64,000 nt of DNA from Myxococcota bacterium (GTDB lineage Bacteria; Myxococcota_A; UBA9042; PHBI01; JAWLBL01): positions 96,001 to 160,000 of the forward strand of contig JAWLBL010000013.1 in NCBI GenBank assembly GCA_041687695.1, given 5' to 3'. The notes below the pieces were generated by a model. It was not told the origin of the DNA and did no database searches. It saw nothing but the letters and a program-made list of their open reading frames with translations. The translations under genes and the position numbers were made by a program. Shown piece by piece: positions 19,348-31,381 of the stretch (within the stretch, counting starts at the first letter, position 1; every line of letters begins with the position of its first letter).

Positions 19348-19998
19348 ATGGAGCTGACCTTCAACGGACACGCCTGCGTGACGCTGCGCGGCGCGTCCGG
19401 TCCGGTCGTCGTCATGGACCCCTACCGATCGGGGGCGCTCGGCGGCCGCATCCGCCACCGGCCGTTGGTGGTGCCGGCCGACGTCGTCACCGTCTCGCAC
19501 TGGCACGTCGACCACAGCCACGTCACCGAGGCCCTCGGCGCCCCCGAGGTCGTCGCCCGCAGCGGCCGCGCCGCCGGCCTCGACTTCACCCTGCGCCCGA
19601 CCTACCACGACCGCGACGGCGGGGTGCGCATGGGCCTGACCAGCATGACGGCCTTCACCCTCGACGGCCTGCGCGTCGTCCACCTCGGCGACCTGGGCTG
19701 CGACCTCACCGCCGACGACGTCGCCGCCCTCGGCCCCGTCGACGTCCTGCTCTGGCCGGTCGGCGGCGTCTACACCGTCGGCCCCGAGGACGCGCCACGC
19801 CTCCTGGCCCAGCTCCGGCCGCGCCTGGCCATCCCGATGCACTACGAGAGCCACGGCTGCCAGCTCGGCCTCGCCCCGGTCGAGGCGCTCGCGCCCCACT
19901 GGTCCGGCGCGCACCGGCGCCCCGGCGTCAGCGCCTGGTCCAGCGCCGACGGCCTGCCCGACGAGACGACCGTGCTGGTGCTCGAGCCGGCGCTCTGA
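19348..19998 (+). CDS. MBL-fold metallo-hydrolase
   Basis: GHAC, MDPY, SHWHVDH, HLGDLG, PVGG, IPMHY. Confidence 0.88.
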   Translation: MELTFNGHACVTLRGASGPVVVMDPYRSGALGGRIRHRPLVVPADVVTVSHWHVDHSHVTEALGAPEVVARSGRAAGLDFTLRPTYHDRDGGVRMGLTSMTAFTLDGLRVVHLGDLGCDLTADDVAALGPVDVLLWPVGGVYTVGPEDAPRLLAQLRPRLAIPMHYESHGCQLGLAPVEALAPHWSGAHRRPGVSAWSSADGLPDETTVLVLEPAL

Positions 19999-20090
19999 AC
20001 CTCTCGTTCGCGCCGGCGGCGCCTGCCGCGCGGGGCGCGCTGCACGCGACGCAGTGGCCGCCAGCGTCGCGTCGATCGCAACGTCGGGGC

Positions 20091-20225
20091 TTGCCCCGAG
20101 GTACGTCGGGCGCTACCTTCGGCCGACATCACGGAGGACCCCACCCTTGAAGAACTGAGCTCGCTGCCCCGGGAACGGCCGACGCGTTCGGCCCGCCATC
20201 TTCCCTGAACCGCAGGAGCTCCCTC
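20091..20225 (+). promoter_or_regulatory. Promoter plus uORF/attenuator leader of ABC-F gene
   Basis: TTGCCC-N17-TACCTT; GGAGG then TTG AAG AAC TGA (20147-20158); hairpin 20157-20221 covers ABC-F SD. Confidence 0.6.
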
Positions 20226-21736
<1,511 letters not shown>

Positions 21737-21740
<4 letters not shown>

Positions 21741-22999
21741 AAGTTCAGGACCACGGCGCCGGTGCCGTTGTTCGCGAAGGGCGGCGGCCGCTCGTCGTCG
21801 CTCAGGGCGATGGCGGCCACGGTCCCGGCGCCGACGACGCCGACCACCGCGGTCCAGAACCACCACTTGCCCAGCACGCTGCCGCCGCCGCCGGCGGACG
21901 GGCCCGGGCCGGCCACCGCGCCCAGCGCCGCCGCGTAATCGAACTCGAGCAGCTGCGCCACGGCCTGCCGCACGGCCTCGCGGTTGCGGAAGCTCCAGTC
22001 GATCGGCACCGTGACCCGGTTGAGCAGCCGCTGGGAGGCCGTGTCGAACATTACCATGTCGACCTCCTTGGCCTCCTCGGGGCCGGTGACGCGCACGATC
22101 ACGCCGACCTCGCTGAACAGCAGCGAGCCGACCTGCCGCACGGCGTCGCCTCCCTTGGTGTTGCCGCTGCCGAGGGCGTCGAGCTCGCGGGCGAGGTCCG
22201 CCTCGAGCTGGTCGAGGACCAGCTTCTTGCGGGCGGCGGGCAGGTTGAGCTCGGAGCGGACCAGGCCGCGCGAGCTGATCGTGACCTGCGCGGTCAGGCG
22301 CTCGTAGCCGAGCTTCTCGACGGTCACGAGGTGCTGCCCTTCGCGCAGGCCCGCGACGGTGGTCGGGCTGATGCCGCGATAACGCCCGTCGACGTAGACC
22401 TCGGCGTACTCGGGCTCCGTGATGACCTCGACCGCGCCGAGCGGGCGCGCGTTCACCTTGGCCTGCGCGGCCTCCCAGGCGGCCTTGGCCTCGGCGGAGA
22501 GCTTGACGCCGCTGGCGTCGGCGCGGTGCAGGGCGGCGCGCTCGAAGGCCTGCGCCGCGCCGGCGGCGTCGCCGTTGGCCAGGCGCGCCGCGCCGAGCTG
22601 CAGCAGCGCCTTGTCGTACTGCTCGGGCTCGGGCAGCAGGGCGTAGGCGGTCTCCATCAGCCGGGCCGCGCTCTCGAACTGCAGCGAGGCCTCGTCGGGG
22701 TCCCCCGCCTCCAACGCGGCGCCGCCCGCGCGATAGAACGCCTGCGCCGTCTTGATGTTGTTGCGCGCCTCGACCTCGCCGCCGGCGTTGAGCACCGAGT
22801 CGATGTCCTTGACGGCGTAGCCGACGCTGTCGTCGATGGCCTCGACGATCTCGTGGACCAGCTCGGCGTGGGCGCGGGTGTCGCTGGACAGGTCGACGAC
22901 GGCGACCTCGCGGACGCTCTGCGAGCCCGGCGGTGCGGCGTGGGCGGTGAGGGCGAGGGGGAGGAGGAGCAGGGGGCTCACGAGCAGGAGCTTGTTCAT
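21737..22999 (-). CDS. Secreted PEGA-domain protein
   Basis: Signal peptide; TEPEYAEVYVDGRYRGISP...GQHLVTVEKLGY; KWWFWTAVVGV tail. Confidence 0.85.
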
Positions 23000-23109
23000 C
23001 CGGGAGGCGTCCTGACTGACTCGGCGGGCGTTGCAAGGGCCTGGGCGGCCGGCGGCGGTCTCCTGGTCGTTGGACAGCGACCGCCGTTCGGATATCGTCT
23101 GGTGCGCGG

Positions 23110-23138
23110 ACCATAGCAGACGGTTTCGGCGGGCTCAA
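23110..23138 (-). promoter_or_regulatory. Sigma70-type promoter for PEGA gene
   Basis: TTGAGC-N17-TATGGT on minus strand. Confidence 0.45.
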
Positions 23139-23273
23139 CGCGGGCCTGGACCGCCCCGGCGATCGCGACGACGCGGCCCGGCGCGCGCCCCCTACGGACG
23201 TCGCGTCGCCCCGACACGGGGCCGCGGGGCCGCCCGTCCCTTCCTCATCCTGGCGTCACACGAGGCACGCCCC

Positions 23274-23816
23274 ATGCGCGATTCCCGGCTCCTGACCCAT
23301 CATGGCGTCGCCCCGCGGCTCGGCGCGCGCGTGTTCGTCGCCGACACGGCGCGCGTCATCGGCGACGTCACCCTGGGCGACGGCTCGTCGGTCTGGTTCG
23401 GCTCGGTCCTGCGCGGCGACGTGCACCACATCCGGGTCGGCGCGCGCGTGAACATCCAGGACATGACCATGATCCACGTCACGTCCGGCCGCCACGCCAC
23501 GATCATCGAGGACGAGGTGACCATCGGCCATCGGGTGACGCTGCATGGCTGCACCGTGCGGCGGCGCGCCTTGATCGGGATGGGCGCCATCGTGCTGGAC
23601 AGGGCCGAGATCGGCGAGGAGGCCATGCTCGGGGCCGGGGCCCTGGTGACCCCGGGGACGGTCATTCCGCCCCGGACGTTGGCCGTGGGCTCGCCCGCTC
23701 GGGTCAAACGCGACCTGACCCCCGAGGAGGTCGCCCACCTCGCCGATAGTGCGCTGCATTATGAGCGCCTGGCGGCCACCTACCTGGACCTGAGCGACAT
23801 CGGAGGCCCCCTGTGA
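23274..23816 (+). CDS. Gamma-carbonic anhydrase family protein (YrdA-like)
   Basis: VIGDV, VLRGD, NIQD, hexapeptide repeats, TIGH..LHGC, GSPAR. Confidence 0.92.
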   Translation: MRDSRLLTHHGVAPRLGARVFVADTARVIGDVTLGDGSSVWFGSVLRGDVHHIRVGARVNIQDMTMIHVTSGRHATIIEDEVTIGHRVTLHGCTVRRRALIGMGAIVLDRAEIGEEAMLGAGALVTPGTVIPPRTLAVGSPARVKRDLTPEEVAHLADSALHYERLAATYLDLSDIGGPL

Positions 23817-24382
23817 TGTGCCTTCCCGGATCGCCCGCGTCGCGGCCGCAACGGACCGTCCGGCGCGCCGCGCTGCTGGCTGGGCTGCTGACGGCCTCGG
23901 CGCCCGCCACCGCCTTCGCCGAGGTGGGCTTCGACCTCGCCGTCGCCGGGGGCACGCTCATGCCCTGGGACGCCGCGGACGAGGCCGGCAACCTCTACGG
24001 CGTCTCGGCGGGGCTCGCGTTCGAGCAGCGCGTCCGCGTGGCGCTCGGCGTAGCGGGCGTGCTGCCCGACAGCCGCGCGCAGGCGCTCTTCGCCACCTGG
24101 TACCTCGAAGGCACCTGGTGGCCGCTCCGCGACCTCGCCGGCGTCGCCGGCCTCGCGCCCGCGGTGCTCGTCGGCCTCGGGCTCGCCACCGAGGACGACC
24201 TCGACCCCGACGGCAGCACCGTGCCGCCGCCGCGCTGGGTCGCCAGCGGCCCCGAGGTCGTCGGCATGCTGGGCGTCGGACTGACCTATGGCCCCCCCGA
24301 GGGGCTCTATCTGGCGTTCGACGTCCGGGCCTACAACACGACCCACGCCGGCCTCACGCTGACGGCCGGATACCGCTTCTAG
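23813..24382 (+). CDS. Hypothetical secreted/outer-membrane beta-barrel protein
   Basis: Signal peptide ATAFA; amphipathic strands; C-terminal GYRF. Confidence 0.65.
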   Translation: MMCLPGSPASRPQRTVRRAALLAGLLTASAPATAFAEVGFDLAVAGGTLMPWDAADEAGNLYGVSAGLAFEQRVRVALGVAGVLPDSRAQALFATWYLEGTWWPLRDLAGVAGLAPAVLVGLGLATEDDLDPDGSTVPPPRWVASGPEVVGMLGVGLTYGPPEGLYLAFDVRAYNTTHAGLTLTAGYRF

Positions 24383-24780
24383 CGAGCCCCGCAGCCGCAA
24401 TCCGGCGCGTCGCCGCTGGCTGGTTTGCGGCTTCCGGCCCGCCGAAGTCTGGCCTGGCCGTCACTCCGCCGTATTGGATGGGGCACTCGCGCCTCGCCCG
24501 AGCGTCGGCGGGCGCTCGGTGTGTCGCAAACTGAGCCACATGGGTCCCACGGCCGATCGGGGAGGTCCGATCGGCGTCGGCCGTGTGTTGCAAGTTGAGA
24601 CGAGCTCCGCGAGCGCTGGGAAGTGTCAGCGCCTGGGGGAGGTTGTCTCGTAGTTACGCGTGGTTGTGGCGTGTCGGAGGACCGAGCGAGCGATCGGTCC
24701 TACATCGCGCGTGCACTGCGCTCGACTTCGCGCTAGATTGTGTAGCGCCCGTCCAGTGTCTCTGTTAGAAACAGTAGTTC

Positions 24781-27777
24781 ATGGGTCATGCTCGCGTGAA
24801 CATTACGCTCGTCAGAAGAGAGTCGGACACCGGCCTGCTGCTTTGGGCCGACGACGAGGCCGCGCTGCCGCGCCTGCTGCGCAGCGCCTTCTCGCGCGGA
24901 CGCTGGCTCGAGGGCGTCGACCTCGTCGCCCCCGGCAAGGACGGCAAGCCGGGCGTCGCCTCGGTCGACGGGTTCTGGCTCAGCGCCTCGCGCGCCGCCG
25001 CCGCGCTCGCGACCGTGCCGCTCGGTGAGCTGCGCGGGATGACTGCGTCGGTGTCGGTCTGGACGCTGGCGTCGAAGTGGGTCGTCGAGGCGATCGCCCG
25101 CCAGCAGCTGGTCTTCACGCTCGATCCGCAGACCGATCCCGGTCGCTGTCGGGCCCGCTGGCGGGTCGCGCCGGTGCGCCCCGAGGACCGCAGCCGCCTC
25201 GCCGGCCTCGCCGCCAGCCTGCCCGGCGTGGCGCGGGCCTGCCCGGTCGACCCCAAGAGGGACAAGGTCCTCGGCGCTGGCGCGGCGCTCCACGAGTTCA
25301 TGGACGCCGCGGTGGACGGCCTGCTACGCGCGTCGACGCCCGAGACGGCGGCGCTGCCCGGAGAGGGGCCGGCCTGGATCGGGCGCCTGGCGCGGGCGCT
25401 CAACGGCCCCGACGGAGAGGTCGTCCTGCAGGGGCTGGCCGAGCGGAATCTGCCCAGCGCCATCGGGCAGTGGGTCGGCCCGGCCGTCACGCTGTCGGGG
25501 ACCGGGCGGCCGGCGGTCGGCTTCCGGCTCGAAGAGCCGAAGTCCGGCGAGAGCGACTGGCGGGTCACCTTCCATCTGACCAGCGCTTCGGGCGATGTGC
25601 GGATACCCGTGTCCGAATTGAAGGCCGGTCGCACGGGCGCCAAGGAGGCTGCCGCGCGAATGTCGCGTCCCGAGGAGACGCTCCTCGAGGCGCTGGCGCG
25701 GTGCGTCCGGGTCTTCCCGCCCATCGAGCGGTGTCTGTCGGAGAAGCTGCCAGGGGAGGTCGTCGTCGATGCCGCCGAGGCCTGGCTCTTTCTGACCAAG
25801 GCCAGCATCCAGCTCGAGCGCGCCGGGTATTACGTCGAGGTGCCCGCCGCGCTCTCGAAGGTCGGGCGACGCCGGGTGCGCGCGAGAATGCGGTTGGGAG
25901 TGCAGCCCAAGCGCTCGAAGGACGCGGCCGCGGCGCCGAACGGGCGCTCGGGGCTGCTCGCGGGCCTCATCCAGTATCAGTGGGAGGCGAGCCTCGGCGA
26001 CGACGCGTTGACCCCCGAGGAGTTCCACAAGCTCGCCGCGTCCAAGGCCCCGCTCATCCTGCACCGTGGCCACTGGGTCGCGGTCGATCCCGACGACGTG
26101 CAGCGGCTCGAGGCCCTGATGAAGGAGGGCGGCGGCTCGCTCGAGGCGGCCGAGGCCCTGCGGCTGGCGTTGGCCGGGCAGGTGCCGGTGCCGGAGGCCG
26201 TCGAGGTGTCCGCGGACGTGGTGACCGACGGGGCCGTGACGCGCGCGCTCGAGGCGCTCAAGGAGGGCATCGAGGGCGAGCTGCCCGAGATGGACCCGCC
26301 CGAGGGGCTCAACGCCGAGCTCAGGCCCTATCAGCTGCGCGGCTTCCGCTGGCTGTATCAGGTCAATTCCACGGGGCTCGGCGCCTGCCTCGCGGACGAC
26401 ATGGGCCTGGGCAAGACGGTGCAGGTCCTGGCCGAGATGCAGCAGATTGCCAACGAGGGCGGTCCGGCGCGCTTCCTGGTGGTCTGCCCTACCAGCGTCA
26501 TCGGCAACTGGCGCCGCGAGATCCGGCGGTTCTGCCCGCAAATGACGGTCGTGGTGCATCACGGCCCGTCGCGCGCCGGCAGTCTCAAAGAGCTACACCG
26601 CAGGTTGGACGGCAAGGATCCCGAGAGCCCCGGGGTGCTCGTGACGAGTTACGCGCTCGCGCGAGGCGACCAGGATCTGCTCAAGGAGATCACGTTCGAC
26701 ATCGTCGTGCTCGACGAGGCCCAGAACATCAAGAACCCCGACACCGCGCAGAGCCAGGCGGTCCGAAGGCTCGCCGCGCGGCGGCGGGTGGCGCTGACGG
26801 GCACTCCGGTCGAGAATCGCCTGAGCGAGCTCTGGTCCATCATGGACTTCGTCAATCCCCGCCTGCTGGGGTCGCGCAACGCGTTCAAGAACACCTTCTC
26901 GGTGCCCATCGAGCGCTACGGGGACAAAGACGCGGCGGAGCTGCTGAGGAAGGTGACGGCGCCGTTCATTTTGAGACGCCTCAAGACCGACCCCGCCATC
27001 GTCCCCGAGCTGCCCGAGAAGTCCGAGAGCGTGCGCTTCTGCCCGCTCACCCTCGAGCAGGCGAGCCTGTACCAGGCGGCCATCGACCGGGGCATGCAGG
27101 AGATTCAGGGGCTGGCCCAGGGCATGCAGCGGCGCGGCCGCATCCTCAAGATGCTCACCGAGCTCAAGCAGATCTGCAACCACCCCGCGCAGTTCCTGCG
27201 GGATGGCAATATGAGCCCGCGGCGGTCGGGCAAATTGACACGCTTCGTCGAGCTGCTCGACGAGATCCTCGACAGCCAGGGCCACGCCCTGGTGTTCACG
27301 CAGTACCGTGAGATGGGCGAGATCCTGTCCGCGGTCATCACCGAGCGCTTCCGGATGCCCGCGCCGTTCTTGCACGGCGGGCTGTCGCGGAACGCGCGCG
27401 AGGAGATGGTCGCGGCCTTCCAGGAGCGGCACGGGCCGCCCGTGCTCGTGGTCTCGCTGCGCGCGGGCGGCACGGGCCTGAACCTGGTCCGCGCCAACCA
27501 CGTCTTCCACTACGACCGGTGGTGGAACCCGGCGGTCGAGGATCAGGCGACCGACCGCGCGTTCCGCATCGGTCAGACGCGCGACGTTACGGTTCACCGG
27601 ATGGTGTCGCAGGGCACGCTGGAGGAGCACATCCACCAGCTGCTCGAGGAGAAGCGACACCTGGCCGACAAAGTCATCGGGACGGGTGAGACATGGCTAT
27701 CGGAGCTCGACGACGAGACCCTTGGGCAGCTGGTGTCGCTGGGGCAGGACGCGGTCCTCGAGGAGGAGGAGCCGTGA
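24781..27777 (+). CDS. SNF2-family SF2 helicase/ATPase
   Basis: LRPYQ, LADDMGLGKT, DEAQNIKN, TGTPVEN, SLRAGGTGLNL, WWNPAVEDQATDRAFRIGQ. Confidence 0.95.
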   Translation: MGHARVNITLVRRESDTGLLLWADDEAALPRLLRSAFSRGRWLEGVDLVAPGKDGKPGVASVDGFWLSASRAAAALATVPLGELRGMTASVSVWTLASKWVVEAIARQQLVFTLDPQTDPGRCRARWRVAPVRPEDRSRLAGLAASLPGVARACPVDPKRDKVLGAGAALHEFMDAAVDGLLRASTPETAALPGEGPAWIGRLARALNGPDGEVVLQGLAERNLPSAIGQWVGPAVTLSGTGRPAVGFRLEEPKSGESDWRVTFHLTSASGDVRIPVSELKAGRTGAKEAAARMSRPEETLLEALARCVRVFPPIERCLSEKLPGEVVVDAAEAWLFLTKASIQLERAGYYVEVPAALSKVGRRRVRARMRLGVQPKRSKDAAAAPNGRSGLLAGLIQYQWEASLGDDALTPEEFHKLAASKAPLILHRGHWVAVDPDDVQRLEALMKEGGGSLEAAEALRLALAGQVPVPEAVEVSADVVTDGAVTRALEALKEGIEGELPEMDPPEGLNAELRPYQLRGFRWLYQVNSTGLGACLADDMGLGKTVQVLAEMQQIANEGGPARFLVVCPTSVIGNWRREIRRFCPQMTVVVHHGPSRAGSLKELHRRLDGKDPESPGVLVTSYALARGDQDLLKEITFDIVVLDEAQNIKNPDTAQSQAVRRLAARRRVALTGTPVENRLSELWSIMDFVNPRLLGSRNAFKNTFSVPIERYGDKDAAELLRKVTAPFILRRLKTDPAIVPELPEKSESVRFCPLTLEQASLYQAAIDRGMQEIQGLAQGMQRRGRILKMLTELKQICNHPAQFLRDGNMSPRRSGKLTRFVELLDEILDSQGHALVFTQYREMGEILSAVITERFRMPAPFLHGGLSRNAREEMVAAFQERHGPPVLVVSLRAGGTGLNLVRANHVFHYDRWWNPAVEDQATDRAFRIGQTRDVTVHRMVSQGTLEEHIHQLLEEKRHLADKVIGTGETWLSELDDETLGQLVSLGQDAVLEEEEP

Positions 27778-28829
27778 GCACGTCGGCCTCCCTGGCCGAC
27801 CGCTGGCTCGAGCCCATCATCTCCTCGAGCGAGCTGCGCGTGCAGGTGCGCCGCGGCAAGGTGATGGCGCGCAAGAACTGGGTCGAGAACCTGACGGTGC
27901 GGCCCGGGCTCATCACGGCGGATGTGCGCAACGACATCGGGGGGACCAACAGCGTCCGCATCCGGCAGTCGCACATCGACGACGCCCTGTGGGAGAAGGT
28001 GCTCGACCGCTTCGCGGGAGAGGGCGGCTTCGCGGCGAACCTGCTCGCGGGGCGCGTCACCGGCGAGATGCTCGACGTGTTCGACGAGGTCGGCGTCGAC
28101 CTCATCTGGTACTCGGTGCGAAGCGACGTCAGCAACTTCTGCACCTGCCGCGAGGACGCGCAGGTCTGCACGCACGCGGTGGCCGCGCACTTCGCGCTGG
28201 CCGACACGTTCACGGCCGACCCGTTCGTGCTCTTCGAGTTCCGTGGGCGGTCCAAGGACCAGATCCTCGAGGCGCTGCGCAAGCGGCGCCGCGCCGGAGA
28301 GGGGGCCGAGGGCGGCAAGGAGGCCGAGGGCGCCGCGGACTCGGGGCTCGAGCCGGCGGGAGAGGTCGTCGAGGGGTATTGGGAGCGCGGGGTGGTGCCT
28401 CACCTGGCGTTCCGGTTCGACGCCAAGGAGCTCGCGGGCGAGGAGACCATGCCGGTGCTGCGGGCGCTCGGCCCGGGCCCCGGCGAGACGTCCCCCGACG
28501 CCTTCGCGCAGGTGCTGGCGCCCATCGCCCGGCTCGCCCGGACGCGGCTCGAGGAGCTGCTCGAGCAGCTGGCCGAGGACGAGGCTCCAGGCGCCCCCGA
28601 CGTGACGCAGGCGGAGTCGCTGGACGATCTGCTGTACGCGGCCGCCGTCCAGCACGGCGAGTTGACGAGCTCGTTCGTCGCCGAGGCGCTGGGCATCAGC
28701 CAGATCGAGGCGCGTCGCTATCTGCAGTGGCTGGTCGAGGAGGGCCGCCTCGCGGTGGTCGGCCGCGCGCGCGGCACCAAGTACGTCCCGGTGATCGAGG
28801 CCGAGGAGCGCACGTCCGAAGAGCTCTGA
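27774..28829 (+). CDS. SWIM zinc-finger protein with C-terminal winged HTH
   Basis: CTC...CTH SWIM motif, DPFVLFEFRGR; VAEALGISQIEARRYLQWLVEEG; GTGA overlap with SNF2 stop. Confidence 0.85.
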   Translation: MSTSASLADRWLEPIISSSELRVQVRRGKVMARKNWVENLTVRPGLITADVRNDIGGTNSVRIRQSHIDDALWEKVLDRFAGEGGFAANLLAGRVTGEMLDVFDEVGVDLIWYSVRSDVSNFCTCREDAQVCTHAVAAHFALADTFTADPFVLFEFRGRSKDQILEALRKRRRAGEGAEGGKEAEGAADSGLEPAGEVVEGYWERGVVPHLAFRFDAKELAGEETMPVLRALGPGPGETSPDAFAQVLAPIARLARTRLEELLEQLAEDEAPGAPDVTQAESLDDLLYAAAVQHGELTSSFVAEALGISQIEARRYLQWLVEEGRLAVVGRARGTKYVPVIEAEERTSEEL

Positions 28830-28848
28830 CCGGGCGGTCGCCAACGAG

Positions 28849-28931
28849 GGAGGCCGGGCATTCGACCCGGCCTTCGCGTCTCCAGAACACGAAAGGCCGG
28901 GCTCTGGACCCGGCCTTTCGCGTTTCGAAGG
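28849..28931. terminator. Tandemly duplicated GC-rich hairpins between convergent genes
   Basis: GGAGGCCGGG/CCCGGCCTTC (28849-28875) and CGAAAGGCCGGG/CCCGGCCTTTCG (28890-28920). Confidence 0.7.
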
Positions 28932-28941
28932 GGCTACGACG

Positions 28942-31275
28942 TCAGGGGCGAACGTCGACGAAAGAGACGCGATCGACGACGTGCAAGAGGTGGCCGAGCG
29001 TCCAGCCGCCCGGCGTGCCCAGATCGTCGAGGTCGACGCCGTCGGCCAGATCGAAGCTGTTGACCAGGACCAGGCTCACGTTGGTCGTGCGATCGCCGAG
29101 CTCGAGGCCCAGCTCGAGCAGCGCGTTCGGGTCTGGGACCGTGTAGGTCTCGACGCCCGAGAGCCAGACCGTCCAGTTCGCGCCCTGCTTGCCCTTGAAG
29201 AGGACGCGCTGGGTGTCGGCGCCCTCGAGCGGGAGCGCCGCGATCTCGCGCGTGTCGGGGTCCCAGGCGCTGCCCATCGGGAAGCCCAGGAACTCGCCCA
29301 TGTCGGGCGCGGCGGCCGGGGCCTCGCCGGGCGCCATGCGCTTCAGGATGGCGCTGCCGCCCTCGGGGCGCGGGTCGCCGCTGCTGGCGCGCAGCGAGGC
29401 GGCGACGACGGCGAAGGCGTAGGCGGTGTGGGGGCCGCCCAGGCCCGAGTGCAGGGGCGCCACCGGCAGCAGGTAGGGGTCCTTGGCGGGGGTCAGCGGG
29501 TCGGCGTCGGCCTTGCCGTCGAGGGGATCGGCGGCCGGGTCGCTGCTGTCGCTGCCGCCGTTGAGCCCGAGCGGGACGAACAGGCCGTCGGCGGTCAGGG
29601 CGCCGCCCAGGATGAACACCGAGTCGGCGTACCCGGCCGTGGCCATCGGCGGCAGGTCCGGCACCAGCACGTGGGTCTTCAGGCCCAGCGGGATGCGCAG
29701 CAGCGGGTCGACGTCGGTCACGTCGAGCGCGTCGCCGGTCGCGACGTCCAGATCGGGGTGATAACCCGACCAGAAGTTGCGGAACAGGGGGAACAGGGCG
29801 CTGACCAGCACGTTGAAGTCGACGCTGCCGCCGCCCACCGCGTCGAAGATGTCGTCGGCGAACTCGGCGACGGCGGTCAGCTCGATGCGGCCGCCCAGGG
29901 TCCACAGGCGGCGCTGCGCCGGGCCCGCCGTCAGCCAGAAGTCGCCCACGACCGGGTTGCCGGCGAAGCCGAAGGTGATGCCGCCGGGGATCTCGGCCTG
30001 GTCGGCCGTCTCGATGGGCAGGCCGGAGTCTTCCTCGAGGTAGCGCTTGACGTCGCCGCCCAGCAGCGACGGCAGGCTGAAGTCGAACAGGGCGCTCGAC
30101 AGCGCGAAGGCGTTGAGCGACAGCTCGAACTCGCCCGGCAGCGGGTAGAGCGACATGTCGGGGACGCCGTGGACCAGGCTGGCGCCGATGAGCTGGGTGC
30201 CTTCGGGGACGATCTCCTCCTCGGCGGTCAGCTCGACCTCGCCCCAGGACCACGCCGGGATGGGCAGGAGCAGGGCGCCGCCCTGGAAGCGCAGCCAGCT
30301 GACCCAGTCGGTGGCGTCGCCGAAGACGTGCACGTCCAGCCCTTCGGCCGGGACCGAGCCGCCGAAGCGGATGACGCCGTCGTCGGCGATGGCGCCCTTG
30401 TCGACGACCTCTCCGGTCCCGGCGTCGACCAGGGCGTAGTGCCCGGCGACCGGCGCCAGCGTGCCCTCGACCCGCGCGATGACCGTCACGGTCTCGCCGG
30501 CCGCCGGCACGACGTTGGTCAACGTGACGGTGGCCTGCTGGCTCGGGGCGCCGACCATCGACGCCGTCAAGGTGACCTCGCCGGCCGCGGCGCCGCCGGT
30601 CGCCACGCCGTCCGCCACGGCGATCACGGCGTCGTCGCTGCTGGCCCAGGTGACCTCGGCCGCCGTCACGACGTCCGGATTGGTGGGGTCGTAGGCCTCG
30701 ACCAGCAAGGCCGTGGTGGCGCCGGGCACCAGCACCGTGGGGGCCGAGACCACCCGCAGCGCCAGCCCGTCGACCGCCGTCGCCGCCTGGCACGCGCCGG
30801 CCACGCAGGCCTCGCCCGCGCCGCAGTCGCCGTCGGCCGCGCAGTACCAGACGCCGCAGACGCCGGTCGACGTCTCGCAGCGACAGTCGAAGCGCTCGTC
30901 GGTGCAGTGGCCCTCGGCGAAGCCCTGCGCTCGGCAGTCCCCGTCGGTCTGGCACTTGAAGACGGCGACGCAGCAGCCCTGCACGCAGTTCCAGTCGGCG
31001 ATGGGCTGCGGGCACAGCGACTTCTTGTTCTTGCCGAACTCGTCCAGGCAGGCGTGCTGGCAGGTGTCGGTGTCCTCGTCCGGGACGTCCGGCGCCACGT
31101 CGTGGCCGCCCTCGTCGCCGCCGACGTCGGCGCTCACCTCGTCGCCCGCGTCCGAGCCCGTGTCCTCGTCGCCAGTGTCCGCGCCGGCGTCGGCGTCCGG
31201 GCTCGCCGGCGCCGGGTCATCGCCGCACGCCCCCAACCACAACACCGCCGCCAGCCCCCATCGGGTCCACCGCAT
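28942..31275 (-). CDS. Lipoprotein with acidic linker, Cys-rich region and Ig-like (Big_2-type) domain
   Basis: Lipobox WLGAC; Cys-rich segment; VTWASSDDAVIAV; upstream TTGCTG-N18-TATAGT (31326-31355). Confidence 0.8.
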   Translation of the reverse strand: MRWTRWGLAAVLWLGACGDDPAPASPDADAGADTGDEDTGSDAGDEVSADVGGDEGGHDVAPDVPDEDTDTCQHACLDEFGKNKKSLCPQPIADWNCVQGCCVAVFKCQTDGDCRAQGFAEGHCTDERFDCRCETSTGVCGVWYCAADGDCGAGEACVAGACQAATAVDGLALRVVSAPTVLVPGATTALLVEAYDPTNPDVVTAAEVTWASSDDAVIAVADGVATGGAAAGEVTLTASMVGAPSQQATVTLTNVVPAAGETVTVIARVEGTLAPVAGHYALVDAGTGEVVDKGAIADDGVIRFGGSVPAEGLDVHVFGDATDWVSWLRFQGGALLLPIPAWSWGEVELTAEEEIVPEGTQLIGASLVHGVPDMSLYPLPGEFELSLNAFALSSALFDFSLPSLLGGDVKRYLEEDSGLPIETADQAEIPGGITFGFAGNPVVGDFWLTAGPAQRRLWTLGGRIELTAVAEFADDIFDAVGGGSVDFNVLVSALFPLFRNFWSGYHPDLDVATGDALDVTDVDPLLRIPLGLKTHVLVPDLPPMATAGYADSVFILGGALTADGLFVPLGLNGGSDSSDPAADPLDGKADADPLTPAKDPYLLPVAPLHSGLGGPHTAYAFAVVAASLRASSGDPRPEGGSAILKRMAPGEAPAAAPDMGEFLGFPMGSAWDPDTREIAALPLEGADTQRVLFKGKQGANWTVWLSGVETYTVPDPNALLELGLELGDRTTNVSLVLVNSFDLADGVDLDDLGTPGGWTLGHLLHVVDRVSFVDVRP

Positions 31276-31381
31276 CGCTCGACCTCCCAGCCGCAGCCCA
31301 CTGAACTCATCGCGTCGCGCGGCGCACTATAGACTTGCGGCGCCACGGGCAGCAATGGCGACGGGCCCGCCAGGCACGGTG

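Noticed and set aside
24383..24780. tRNA, 6S, SRP, tmRNA or cobalamin riboswitch
   Set aside because: I could not find the diagnostic conserved motifs of any of these on either strand.
24781..28829. Named anti-phage system or mobile island around SNF2
   Set aside because: There is no adjacent methylase, nuclease, integrase or att-like repeat, and the flanks are ordinary chromosomal genes.
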